A model generated the notes under the pieces. It was not told the origin of the DNA. It made no database searches and saw nothing but the letters and a program-made list of their open reading frames with translations. From assembly GCA_965601925.1 (NCBI GenBank), contig OZ271854.1:1504001-1568000 (forward strand): a stretch of 64,000 bases of DNA, in the 5' to 3' direction. This DNA is from Alkalispirochaeta sp. Its GTDB lineage: Bacteria > Spirochaetota > Spirochaetia > DSM-27196 > Alkalispirochaetaceae. This document shows, in pieces, positions 27,638-36,967 of the stretch; positions within the stretch are counted from its first letter, which is position 1, and each line of letters starts with the position of its first letter. The translations under genes and the position numbers were made by a program.

Positions 27638-29238
27638 ACTGCGACAACTCCATATCCGAATACATCTTCAAACATTTGTCCTTTCAGACGTAACCCGTGC
27701 TGTTCCGTCGAGATATCGCCGGAGTATTCGCACAGAAGCACGACATCTTCGTCGCGCTTTTCCAGCACAAAGTCTCGAACGCGCTGGACGTGCCCGCGAT
27801 CCAGGGCGTCGGCAACGCGGAGAAGAGCGACGATTTTGAGAACCAGCATGCGCTGTTCGCGGCGAAGAGAGACAAACGAGGTGTGCGCCGAGTTGGGCAT
27901 ACCGCCGCGATGGTAGCGTACGACGTTTGCCAAAATTCTGATGTCGGAGCGCGACAATCCGAAAATCTCCGAGTTTTCCACGATATATTGCCCGTGTTTG
28001 TGGTGCCCGGCAGCGCGAACGAAGTTACCGATGTCGTGGACGATGCCGGCGACCTCCAACAAGAGCCGCGCATGAGAATCCATGGCGTGCTCCTCGGCAA
28101 ACTGATCGAACAAATTGATCGCGAGCTTCGCGACGTGTCGTCCGTGAGCCTCGTCAAAATGATATTTGCGCCCCAAACCGAGGGCCGAGTTGACGACTTG
28201 GGCGTCGAACTCCTTGCGCATCGGCCCGCCGCGTCCCACGGCGAAGTTGAGGAGCACCCCCTCGCGGATACTGACGTCCGGCACGATGAGTTGCTCCGCG
28301 GAGGTGGCGTCCATGAAGAGCTTGTACGTCAGGAGTGCCGGTAGAAGTCCCTCGACCTCGGTGTACGTCAAGTTGAGATCGCGCACGCAATCTTCCACGC
28401 TTCGATACTGGACATCGCGAATGAACCCGTCGAACGCCTCGCGATCGATGACCGAAAAGTGCTCCCCTTCCTTGGTACCCACTCGAGAAGCGGCGATCCG
28501 CGCGTCGCCGCCGACGGCGACGAAGTACTTTATTCTATCGAGGCGCAGCTCGGTATTGAGCACCTCGCGGTTGACGCGAATGTTCTCCCGCAAGTACTCC
28601 TCGACGCGATCGTTGTCCGCGAGACTGGTGTAAGCCTGTACCTGTTGCTCTACTCTCAGCGAGCCGATGCGCAGGGAGTGCGCGGCCACCATGCGCCCCC
28701 GCTGAAGGAGCATGATCTCCGTCGTGCCGCCGCCGACTTCCAGGATCATGGCGCTCGAACGGGCAAACTGGGGGCGCAAATCGTTGATGGCGTGCTGCAC
28801 GGCGATGTAGGTGAGATGATTCTCCTCGATCCCCTCCACGACGTCGATGCGAAACCCGGTACGGATTTGGACTCGGTCGAGGAAGGTGTCGCGATTCTTT
28901 GCCTCCCGAATCGCCGCGGTGCCGATGACGCGAACCGAGTCCGGCTCGATGCGCCATCCTTCCAGAAGCTCGCGGAACCCGTTCAGGATTTTTACCGCAT
29001 CGCGCATCGCATCGGTGGAAAGATACCCGGAAATGAACACGCCCCGGCCGAGGGTAAGGGGACGCGCGGCGCGATCCAACGTCACCCACTCGGAGTCGCC
29101 GCGAATCTCGGCCACCACCATACGGATCGCCGTCGAGCCGATGTCGATCACCGATACGAGACGCGGGGGCGTATCGGGAGTCGAGGACATCGGTTGTCGC
29201 TTCTTCTTTGTCTTTTCCTTCATCGTTTGACTTTTCAC
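27634..29238 (-). CDS. ppx: Exopolyphosphatase / Ppx-GppA with HD domain
   Basis: IDIGSTAIR, TAAIREA, EVGGGTTE, SIREG, HDIG, LRVADALD. Confidence 0.92.
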   Translation of the reverse strand: MKSQTMKEKTKKKRQPMSSTPDTPPRLVSVIDIGSTAIRMVVAEIRGDSEWVTLDRAARPLTLGRGVFISGYLSTDAMRDAVKILNGFRELLEGWRIEPDSVRVIGTAAIREAKNRDTFLDRVQIRTGFRIDVVEGIEENHLTYIAVQHAINDLRPQFARSSAMILEVGGGTTEIMLLQRGRMVAAHSLRIGSLRVEQQVQAYTSLADNDRVEEYLRENIRVNREVLNTELRLDRIKYFVAVGGDARIAASRVGTKEGEHFSVIDREAFDGFIRDVQYRSVEDCVRDLNLTYTEVEGLLPALLTYKLFMDATSAEQLIVPDVSIREGVLLNFAVGRGGPMRKEFDAQVVNSALGLGRKYHFDEAHGRHVAKLAINLFDQFAEEHAMDSHARLLLEVAGIVHDIGNFVRAAGHHKHGQYIVENSEIFGLSRSDIRILANVVRYHRGGMPNSAHTSFVSLRREQRMLVLKIVALLRVADALDRGHVQRVRDFVLEKRDEDVVLLCEYSGDISTEQHGLRLKGQMFEDVFGYGVVAV

Positions 29239-30179
29239 CGTCGAGTCAGGTCGGCCGCGCCGACCACCACCGCGTCGTCTCCGAGGGCCGCCGGCGCCAC
29301 CGCGACGTCGGCGACGATCCGTGGCATTGCCCGTTCCCGCATGGTACTCACGGCTATGTCAGTAATGTGTGAGCCCAACTTTTCCGCCAGTCCGCCGCCG
29401 ATCACGATCATCTCTGGATCGAAGGTGTTTACCATCGCCGCCATACCGATCCCGAGAAAACGCGCCGCCTGCTCCACCACCGCGATAACGGCCGGTTCTC
29501 CGGCTTCCAGAGCCTTGGCGATGAGACCGCTCTTGATAACGCGTATGTCCGTGGCACCGGCGTCGGCGAGCACTTTCGACTGGCCGTTCATCGCGAGAAG
29601 CGCGAGGTCTCGAGCGATCGCCGTCTTGGAGGCTACGGTCTCCAAACATCCGTGGTTGCCGCAGCCGCAGCGGCGGCCGTCGGTCTGGACGGTGATGTGG
29701 CCGATTTCGCCGGCGGCGCCGCTCTTGCCGCGGTAGAGCGCCCCGTCGAGGATGAGACCGCCGCCGATGCCGGTACCGGGAAAAATTCCCACTACGTTCC
29801 GCATTCCTTTGGCGGCGCCGGCGACAAACTCGCCCCAGAGCCCGGCGTTCACGTCGTTTTCGAGAAGGACGAAAGAACCGAGCTGTTCGTGCAGCCGGCC
29901 GGCCAGCGGAAAGTTGCTGATGCCGACGTTAGGTGTATCCAAAACGACACCGTGCTCAAGGTCGATCGGACCGGGCACCGCGATACCGACCGCCTCAAGC
30001 GCGTCGCGACCGATCTTCGCTTTCTCCAGCGCACAATCGATCGTCTCGACAATGTGACGATATACCGACTCGTTATCGCCGCCCTGGGTACGGGTCTTGC
30101 ACCGCGCGACGATCGTGCCGTCGTCATCCAACACTGCGGCGAGCATCTTGGTTCCTCCGAGATCAAATCCGATACGCAT
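29235..30179 (-). CDS. ROK-family sugar kinase (glucokinase-like)
   Basis: DLGGTK, ENDVNA, GTGIGGG, GEIGH, CGCGNHGCLE zinc motif. Confidence 0.92.
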   Translation of the reverse strand: MRIGFDLGGTKMLAAVLDDDGTIVARCKTRTQGGDNESVYRHIVETIDCALEKAKIGRDALEAVGIAVPGPIDLEHGVVLDTPNVGISNFPLAGRLHEQLGSFVLLENDVNAGLWGEFVAGAAKGMRNVVGIFPGTGIGGGLILDGALYRGKSGAAGEIGHITVQTDGRRCGCGNHGCLETVASKTAIARDLALLAMNGQSKVLADAGATDIRVIKSGLIAKALEAGEPAVIAVVEQAARFLGIGMAAMVNTFDPEMIVIGGGLAEKLGSHITDIAVSTMRERAMPRIVADVAVAPAALGDDAVVVGAADLTRR

Positions 30180-30232
30180 ATGTTCGCCTCCTTGTCGCGC
30201 CCCGTGCAAAGCCGATACTGTACCACCATACC

Positions 30233-31093
30233 ATGACCGGAGTCATTATCGGCCGATTCATGCCGCCCCATAGCGGACACCTCTATCTTATCGATTTTGC
30301 GCGCCACATGGTGGACCGCCTCTATGTCTTGGTGTGCACCCTCTCCCACGAGCCCATTCCCGGCGATGTTCGTTACGAATGGATTCGCGAGCTCGCGCCC
30401 ACGTGTAGGATCATTCACATCACCGAGGAGATTCCGGAGGCGAAACGAGGCGAGGCCGGGGCGACGGCGATTTGGGCCGGGACGGTGCGAGAAGCGGTTT
30501 CCGAGACGATCACCCACGTGTTCGCTTCGGAACAGTACGGGTGGGAGCTTGCGCGGCACCTCGATGCTCAGTATGTGCCCGTCGACCCGAGCCGAAGCAA
30601 CATCCCGGTATCGGCTACGGCGATTCGCGCCAACCCATGGGAAAAGTGGCGTTTCATTCCGTCGGTGGTGAGGCCGTGGTTCGTGCGTCACGTCGCGGTC
30701 GTCGACAACCGAGAATACGCCGAGCGGACGGCGCGGCAGATGAACACCGTGGTGGTGCATCCATATCGTGAGTTTTGGCACAAGACGTGGAACGGCTACG
30801 CGGGAGAGGATAAGCGTCATCCTCTCACGGAAGAGCAGATACGCCGCGGCGCGCTGTCCACATCCGAGGCGTTGGCCCGTCGCGCGAACCGGGTGCTCTT
30901 CCACGACGTGCGCGAGGTCCAAGACTTGTACGATCTGCCGAGAATCGACCTCATCGTGGTCGAAGACGGTCGGCTGAAAGCGGCCGATCGCGAGAAACTC
31001 GCCGCACGGACGAACCGTACCGAAACGAAGATCATGAACCCTCGCCGCGCCACCGCCGATGCAATCGAGCGCGCGCTGCTCACTCCCATTTGA
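30233..31093 (+). CDS. NadR-like NMN adenylyltransferase with degenerate kinase domain
   Basis: GRFMPPHSGH (HxGH), EPIPG..R..W, VFASEQYG, VSATAIRANP..W.FIP..VRP; no P-loop follows. Confidence 0.8.
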   Translation: MTGVIIGRFMPPHSGHLYLIDFARHMVDRLYVLVCTLSHEPIPGDVRYEWIRELAPTCRIIHITEEIPEAKRGEAGATAIWAGTVREAVSETITHVFASEQYGWELARHLDAQYVPVDPSRSNIPVSATAIRANPWEKWRFIPSVVRPWFVRHVAVVDNREYAERTARQMNTVVVHPYREFWHKTWNGYAGEDKRHPLTEEQIRRGALSTSEALARRANRVLFHDVREVQDLYDLPRIDLIVVEDGRLKAADREKLAARTNRTETKIMNPRRATADAIERALLTPI

Positions 31094-31126
31094 CGCGTAG
31101 GCCGACGCAAATCTACACTACTACTC

Positions 31127-31600
31127 GTGGATGCTACGGTATGGGCCGTTATCGGTTTCGTTCTCGTTTTGGCTGAGTTTGCCGTTCCGCAGTTCGTAGT
31201 ATTCTTCTTCGGCCTGGGCGCGTTGATAAACGCGCTGTTGGTTGCGGTGGTGCCCGGACTGTCCGGCAGGTTTCCGCTCCAGCTCGCCCTGTGGGTCGCA
31301 ACGAGTACGCTGTCCCTCGCGCTGCTGCGACGCTGGGCGGCGCGATGGTTTCGCGGTGAGAAACGCGACGCCATCGAGGAGGCAAGCCACGACGCCGGCG
31401 AGATCGCAACGGTTGTCGAGAAGATCGCGGCCGGCAAGCCGGGACGTATCCGGCACAAGGGCACGACGTGGCAGGCGATCGCCTACGACGAGACGATCGA
31501 TGTGGGCGACACGGTCACCATCCTGGAAAAACGCAATCTTACCTACGTCGTGACCGCAGGCGATCTCCTACACCAACGGGACGAAACGACGGACAAGTAG
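31127..31600 (+). CDS. nfeD: NfeD-like membrane protein
   Basis: LAEFAVP.F..FFFGLGA; C-terminal OB fold GRI..KGTTWQA; upstream of SPFH genes. Confidence 0.85.
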   Translation: MDATVWAVIGFVLVLAEFAVPQFVVFFFGLGALINALLVAVVPGLSGRFPLQLALWVATSTLSLALLRRWAARWFRGEKRDAIEEASHDAGEIATVVEKIAAGKPGRIRHKGTTWQAIAYDETIDVGDTVTILEKRNLTYVVTAGDLLHQRDETTDK

Positions 31601-31658
31601 GCCACACGAGAAAACCGTTCGTTCAACGAACATTACAATGATAGCTAAGGAGTAACGC

Positions 31659-32669
31659 ATGTCGGTTTTTGGCACGTATGTGGCGGCGATTCTGCTCTTC
31701 GCGGCAGTATTTACCGTCTTTTTCAAGCTGATCCGCATCGTCCCCGAGCGCCAGGCGTGGGTGGTGGAGCAGTTCGGGAAGTATCGCCACACGATGAACG
31801 CGGGTCTGCATATCGTCATCCCGGTGGTTCAAAAAGTGGCTTACAAACAGATCCTCAAGGAGGAGGTGATCGACGTTCCTCCTCAAATGTGTATCACCAA
31901 CGACAACGTACAGGTGAGCGTCGACGGCGTGCTTTACCTGCAGGTCGTCGACCCCGAGAAGGCGAGCTACGGCATCGACAACTACCGCTTTGCCACCTCC
32001 CAACTCGCCCAGACGACGATGCGTTCCGAGATCGGCAAGATCGAACTCGACCGCACATTCTCGGAACGCGACTCGATTAACGATGCGATCGTACGCGCCG
32101 TCGATGAGGCCTCCGATCCGTGGGGCATCAAAGTCACGCGCTACGAAATCAAGGACATCACGCCGTCGGAGGGCGTCATGACCGCGATGGAGCAACAGGT
32201 CCGAGCAGAACGGGAGAAACGCGCCGAAATTCTTTCGAGCGAAGGTATTAGGGAGGCGCGGATCAACTCGTCCAAGGGCGACCGCCAGCAGGCGATCAAT
32301 CTCTCCCAGGGCGAACGGAGGCGGCGTATTAATGAGGCGGAGGGGCGTGCCCGCGCCACCGAGATCATCGCGGAGGCGACCGCCGGCGGCGTCTCCGAGG
32401 TGTCCGCGGCCATTCGTCTACCCCATGGACGCACCGCCGTCGCAATGAGAATCTCCGAACAGTTCATCTCAGGCCTGGGTGAGATCATCAAAAAGGGCGA
32501 CACGTCCGTACTTCCGGCTGAGCTCGCCCAGCTGCGTTCGGTCATTGCGTCGTTACGCGGCGGCGCTCACCGAGACGCTGCCGAAGCCGACCCGTCTCAT
32601 CGTACGGCCGCCCCATCGTCGGCGCCGCGCGGCGAGGCGACCGATTACCGTGTAGGAGGTAACGCATGA
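31659..32669 (+). CDS. SPFH/stomatin-like protein (paraslipin)
   Basis: IVPERQAWVVEQFGKY, ITNDNV.VSVDGVLY, LAQTTMRSEIG, WGIKVTRYEI. Confidence 0.93.
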   Translation: MSVFGTYVAAILLFAAVFTVFFKLIRIVPERQAWVVEQFGKYRHTMNAGLHIVIPVVQKVAYKQILKEEVIDVPPQMCITNDNVQVSVDGVLYLQVVDPEKASYGIDNYRFATSQLAQTTMRSEIGKIELDRTFSERDSINDAIVRAVDEASDPWGIKVTRYEIKDITPSEGVMTAMEQQVRAEREKRAEILSSEGIREARINSSKGDRQQAINLSQGERRRRINEAEGRARATEIIAEATAGGVSEVSAAIRLPHGRTAVAMRISEQFISGLGEIIKKGDTSVLPAELAQLRSVIASLRGGAHRDAAEADPSHRTAAPSSAPRGEATDYRVGGNA

Positions 32670-33607
32670 ATCCTTTCCTCCCGCTACAAATCGTTCTCGG
32701 CGTCTTCGGTGTCGTGGTCGTCGTTACACTCTTCCGTAGCATCCGCATCGTTCCGGCGCGGAGCGTGTTGGTGATCGAACGCCTGGGGAAATACTCCGGC
32801 ACGCTTCAAGCCGGCTTCCACGTTCTGATTCCGTTCATCGATCGCGTGGCGTATACCCACAGCCTCAAGGAGCAGGCGGTGGACGTGCCGACCCAACCGT
32901 GCTTTACCCAAGACAACGTCAAAATCGACATAGACGGCGTGCTCTATCTTCGCGTAACGGATCCCAAGAAGGCGAGCTACGGTATCACCGATTTTCGCTA
33001 TGCCACGATTCAACTCGCCCAGACGACCATGCGCTCGGTGATCGGCAAGCTCGAACTCGACCGAACGTTCGAGGAGCGTGAGGCGATCAACGCGACGATC
33101 GTAAAAGAGGTGGACGCCGCGAGCGCCGAATGGGGGGTCGACGTCACCCGCTACGAGATTCAAAACATCGTCGTTCCCCAGGATATTCTGCAAGCGATGG
33201 AGGCGCAGCTTCGCGCCGATCGCGAGAAGCGCGCCATGGTCGCCCGTTCCCTCGGTGAGATGGAAAGCAAGATCAACTACTCCGTCGGCGAGATGGAGGA
33301 GGCGATCAACCGTTCCGAGGGCGAGAAGGAGAAGTGGATCAACGAGGCCGAGGGGAAGGCCGCCGAAATCGAGGCGCTCGCGAAGGCGACCGCCGCCTCG
33401 TTGGGCAAACTCGCCGAGGCGTTGGACGTCGAGGGGGGCAGCGAGGCACTCGCGCTGCAGCTCGCCGAGCAGTACATCGGCGAACTCCGCCATCTCGCCC
33501 AAGGCGGGACCGAGGTCGTTCTTCCGATGGATCTGACCGATCTCGACTCGATGTTGGGCAACATACGCACTATCTTGGATCGGGCCGGAGCAAAGACGTC
33601 CATATAG
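32666..33607 (+). CDS. Second SPFH/stomatin-like protein
   Basis: ERLGKY, TQDNV.IDIDGVLY, LAQTTMRSVIG, WGVDVTRYEI. Confidence 0.93.
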   Translation: MNPFLPLQIVLGVFGVVVVVTLFRSIRIVPARSVLVIERLGKYSGTLQAGFHVLIPFIDRVAYTHSLKEQAVDVPTQPCFTQDNVKIDIDGVLYLRVTDPKKASYGITDFRYATIQLAQTTMRSVIGKLELDRTFEEREAINATIVKEVDAASAEWGVDVTRYEIQNIVVPQDILQAMEAQLRADREKRAMVARSLGEMESKINYSVGEMEEAINRSEGEKEKWINEAEGKAAEIEALAKATAASLGKLAEALDVEGGSEALALQLAEQYIGELRHLAQGGTEVVLPMDLTDLDSMLGNIRTILDRAGAKTSI

Positions 33608-33627
33608 ACGGTCGATGTCGGGGGGCG

Positions 33628-33754
33628 ACTCAACGACCGCGTGGCGTGTATTGGCGCGGTTGTTGCGCACGCAAGAACCGGGACAATGGCCACGACTGGT
33701 CTATGTGCCATGTCATGTGGCGAGCGATGAACACGCCCCGCATCTGAAGCAACG
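33628..33754 (+). repeat. ~130-bp direct repeat, left copy (attC-like 5' hairpin)
   Basis: Near-identical to 36325-36460; begins ACTCAACGACCGCG...CGCGGTTGTTGCGC. Confidence 0.9.
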
Positions 33755-34065
33755 ACCCCGTTTATGCCGGCTTTATTGAATGTGAATACCAAGCTTGGCA
33801 GGTCGCCCCCCCGGTTGTGATCCCGCTCGCCTCACCTAACGATTTCCTCGCGCACGCCCCGTGGGATACGTGTGTCTGTTTCTCGGTCAAAATGCACCTA
33901 AAACTGCCGTTTCTCCCCGATTGTCGCGTCTGCACCTTCACCCGCGCAGCGAGGCCACCGGTGTTTCCGTGCGAATAGCTCTTGCCGCCCCGTTTTCGTG
34001 TAAACTCACCATCGGTGCGGTTTTGCACTTGTACTCCGAGATAACTCTTCCTCATTCTGGTTGAT

Positions 34066-35160
34066 TTATAATCGGGAACGGAAGAACTCAACTGCCTCTT
34101 GCCCCACGTTTTCATGAACAACAGCGCGTTCAATTCCTTCCGGGTCTCTGAACAACCTGCGAGCAAATATCTTGCCCCACCAGACACCTCTACTTAAAAA
34201 AGTGTAGTGAGTCACCCCCGGGAGAACCGTTATCTCGCTGTTAGGAATCGAATCAGCAAGTGGGACAGCATTCGTCGTGGGAACTCCCTGATCATCTTCA
34301 CTGCCGACGATCAATTTTACCGGAACTCGAATCGATTGAAGGCTCTCGTCGGTAATCAATGGACCGCCGACCGGTGCGATAACAAAAGCCGCTCCTATCC
34401 TTTCGTCGAGGTAGCTGTCGTTTGCTCGGGATAAGCACGAACGTACCGACTCAGTTTGGGTGTATTCCGTCACTTCGTTTGTAGCGAAGGGAGCCTCCGG
34501 CGGAAAATGGCAGATCGGATCGCTTTCATTGTCCGAGCAGTATCCTCTCCAACGTTCGACATCGAGCCGTGCTCCGACCGTAGCGAGAGCGGTGTAGCCA
34601 CCAAGTGAAAAACCCGCGACTCCAACTCTTTCCGGATCAATCCGATCGCCTATGACCGGATCTAATAGTAAATTGTCGATCAAAGCGCTGATATCCGCGG
34701 GACGTTCCCACCAACAAATAAAACCCTCGGGTAAATAGTTTCGTTCCGCACCGGTATTACCGTGGTGATTAACGGCCACAACAACATTGCCGGCGGAAGC
34801 GAGTTTTACACATAACCAAGCGATGCTCGCCGCCGAACCGCCGGTCCCGTGTGATACGACGATTAAAGGATACCGGACATCCTCCTGATTCCAATCCGAG
34901 AGAAATCTATACCGTCCAGTTTTAAAGATCGCGATTCTCTGCTTTGGGGTCCGTCGACCCGTATCAGCCGGATACCAGATCATTGTTGAAAGAGGGCGAG
35001 GCCCGTCGGAGTTCCATCGTTCCCGCGAAGGATCGGTGTACGCTCTGGTAACAGCTCCAACCGCGTTCGGGTAGGAGTCTATAGGTAGCGTTTGACAGGA
35101 AAACACGGTTACGAGGCACCCAATAACCACGAGTTTTACCAGCGACTGAACAGCCTTCAA
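34066..35160 (-). CDS. Alpha/beta-hydrolase lipoprotein (dienelactone hydrolase/PAF-AH-like)
   Basis: WYPA, SHGTGGS, GFSLGG nucleophile elbow, HYTFL; lipobox VFSC; likely TTG start at 35160 after GGAG; lower GC than its neighbours. Confidence 0.85.
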   Translation of the reverse strand: MKAVQSLVKLVVIGCLVTVFSCQTLPIDSYPNAVGAVTRAYTDPSRERWNSDGPRPLSTMIWYPADTGRRTPKQRIAIFKTGRYRFLSDWNQEDVRYPLIVVSHGTGGSAASIAWLCVKLASAGNVVVAVNHHGNTGAERNYLPEGFICWWERPADISALIDNLLLDPVIGDRIDPERVGVAGFSLGGYTALATVGARLDVERWRGYCSDNESDPICHFPPEAPFATNEVTEYTQTESVRSCLSRANDSYLDERIGAAFVIAPVGGPLITDESLQSIRVPVKLIVGSEDDQGVPTTNAVPLADSIPNSEITVLPGVTHYTFLSRGVWWGKIFARRLFRDPEGIERAVVHENVGQEAVEFFRSRL

Positions 35161-35198
35161 TGGTTTACATTCTCCCGTTCCGTTTTTTTTTGGCAAAC

Positions 35199-35331
35199 CA
35201 GGCAATTTCAAGAATCGGCGATTTTTGGAAATGCCAGGACTTCTAGAAATCATAATCATATACTGTGTATATAATTATGATTTCGACCCGATATTGAGGC
35301 TCTTGCAAAATGCAATTTAGAAAGAGCCTCA
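35199..35331. repeat. 133-bp AT-rich three-hairpin element, copy 1 (MITE/REPIN-like)
   Basis: Colinear with 61770-61902; three consecutive ~17-bp inverted repeats. Confidence 0.9.
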
Positions 35332-35346
35332 GGCGTAAAAAAGTTA

Positions 35347-35745
35347 TGTTCATTCCCGGACATGGTTTACACATCCAACGCGCTATTGTACGTCATGATG
35401 TCGTGAACATGTAGGTCCTTCATGTCGATATACCCGAGCGGCCCATGGCGATATCAGACGGCCCACACCCCATCATCCAGTTCGTCCATGCCGATATACC
35501 TTCCACCGAGGGCGGTCGAGACCATCACCTGTACATCTGATTTCCACCTGATTGATCCGTTTACGGTAACGTACCGGGTGCGGTACCCCCGGTCATACTC
35601 CCACTCTGTAATACGCCGATTGTAGGTCCTGGGCGAATGAATATGCACCGACCCTGGCGTTGCCATCGCTTCATGAGGTCTCACATCGTTGTACTCGTTT
35701 CGAAACTGATTGAACATGTTCTGTTGTGCCTTCAGGTGTTTGCCC
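35347..35745 (-). mobile_element. IS481-family remnant (transposase C-terminus plus terminal repeat)
   Basis: QQNMFNQFRNEYNDVRPHEAMATP..NGSIRWK..VSTALGGRYIGMDELDDGVWAV resembles IS481 transposase C-termini; TGTTCATTCCCGGACATGGTTTACA at 35347-35371 resembles an IS481 end. The inner boundary is approximate. Confidence 0.7.
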
Positions 35746-36236
35746 GCCGGTTCGTCGAGTTTGTCAGTTGAGTCGAGAGCTGTCTCGATCGCATCCAACT
35801 CGATCTCGTCGGTGATCGGCGTCAACACGTGTTCAAGCACACGGTACGCGGACTTCTCATGATCGAGTTCGGCGTTGATGTGCTTATCGAACTCTGAGTC
35901 TTTGAAGTGTCTCGAAGTGAACCCGATGAAATCGTAAAGCTCGAACCATTCGAAAGCGAAGAAGCGGCGTCCGATGTCGTCTTTGATCTCCCGAGCGGCC
36001 CCAAGGATAGAGTTCATCGTTTCTCGAAAGTGAACATGCCAAAGCCGTTTAACATAGTTAGTGAAGGTTTCCGCGAAAGAGTCGCTTCCGTAGCCGGTAC
36101 GGTCGTAGGTGAGTGCATTCCGAAAAAGTTTGATCGACACGATGCTCCAGAGCCCGCTTCGGGGTGGTTAATCGATTGCCTCAAACTGAACGATGGTTCT
36201 AATGGGAGTCCTGCCGATCCTTTCGGAGAACCGCAT
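35746..36236 (-). pseudogene. AbiJ-NTD4-like (HEPN-associated) gene fragment with internal stop
   Basis: MRFSERIGRTPIRTIVQFEAID*..GLWS..WFELYDFI..AYR..TPITDEIE; in-frame TAA at 36168-36170; C-terminal part replaced by IS sequence. Confidence 0.6.
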
Positions 36237-36324
36237 CCCACTACTATCAGTCTTTTGCAGGTTGTCGACAACATGATGTAGTCCTTGGTCGAACATCATC
36301 GAATCCGGAGCTCCCTTCTTCGGC

Positions 36325-36460
36325 ACTCAACGACCGCGTGACCTGCGTGGCGTGTATTGGCGCGGTTGTTGCGCACGCAAGAACCGGGACAATGGCCACG
36401 ACCGGTCTATGCGCCATGTTATGTGGCGAGCGATGAACACGCCCCGCATCTGAAACAACG
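36325..36460 (+). repeat. ~130-bp direct repeat, right copy
   Basis: Matches 33628-33754 with 9 extra nt (ACCTGCGTG) and a few substitutions. Confidence 0.9.
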
Positions 36461-36640
36461 GCGTCTTTCTTCCCGTCCTCATGTATGTGAGCAGGGCAGT
36501 TGCCCCGCCGACACCGGCAGCGAAACCGTACGTCCTTCGCGGTCGGAAGGTGCTGCATACCGGCTTCGACCGCCACTGTGCCGACGTTTGTGGCCGCTAC
36601 GACGAAACGCACACGGCCACCCACTCCCCGCTTCCTTCCA

Positions 36641-36967
36641 TCATTCGTTCTGATCGTTCGGTTCCTTCATTGCGTCGTTGGCCACGGCAGACGGCTGCCC
36701 GGCGTCGCTGGTCCACACCGCGTGGTACACCACGCCCCAACGACGAAGCGCAGCGGCTAGACGTACGCCGAGCTCGGAGCCGTGCGGCCGAATCGGAGCG
36801 GTGTCGTGGCGAATCTCCAGCAAGAAATCGCTGTCGACCGTCACGCGGCGATAGATCCGCGCCGCGTTCATCTCTGGTGTGCCGGCCAGCTCGACCAAAA
36901 GCTGCTCGACAGACGGTCCGGACCCGTAAGGGAGACGCAGCTCGAGCGTCTCGAGCCAACTCATCAC
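36641..36967 (-). CDS. Hypothetical protein, last gene of the MMPL operon
   Basis: Start overlaps the upstream stop (GTGA); normal protein composition (WLETLELR..GSELGVRLAAALRRWGVVYHAVW). Confidence 0.65.
   Translation of the reverse strand: MMSWLETLELRLPYGSGPSVEQLLVELAGTPEMNAARIYRRVTVDSDFLLEIRHDTAPIRPHGSELGVRLAAALRRWGVVYHAVWTSDAGQPSAVANDAMKEPNDQNE

Noticed and set aside
31127..33607. Tandem SPFH paralogues with nfeD as a novel system
   Set aside because: nfeD-stomatin operons, including duplicated ones, are a well-known arrangement.
33762..34187. 141-aa ORF at the left end of the islet
   Set aside because: Overlaps the hydrolase 3' end, has no motifs or clear RBS; possibly decayed sequence.
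35183..35191. T9 tract upstream of the hydrolase as a phase-variation switch
   Set aside because: A single short homopolymer in AT-rich DNA; no evidence of length variation from one sequence.
35161..35259. N-terminal extension of the hydrolase, and ORF 61796-62038
   Set aside because: Both starts lie inside the AT-rich hairpin element and translate repeat sequence.
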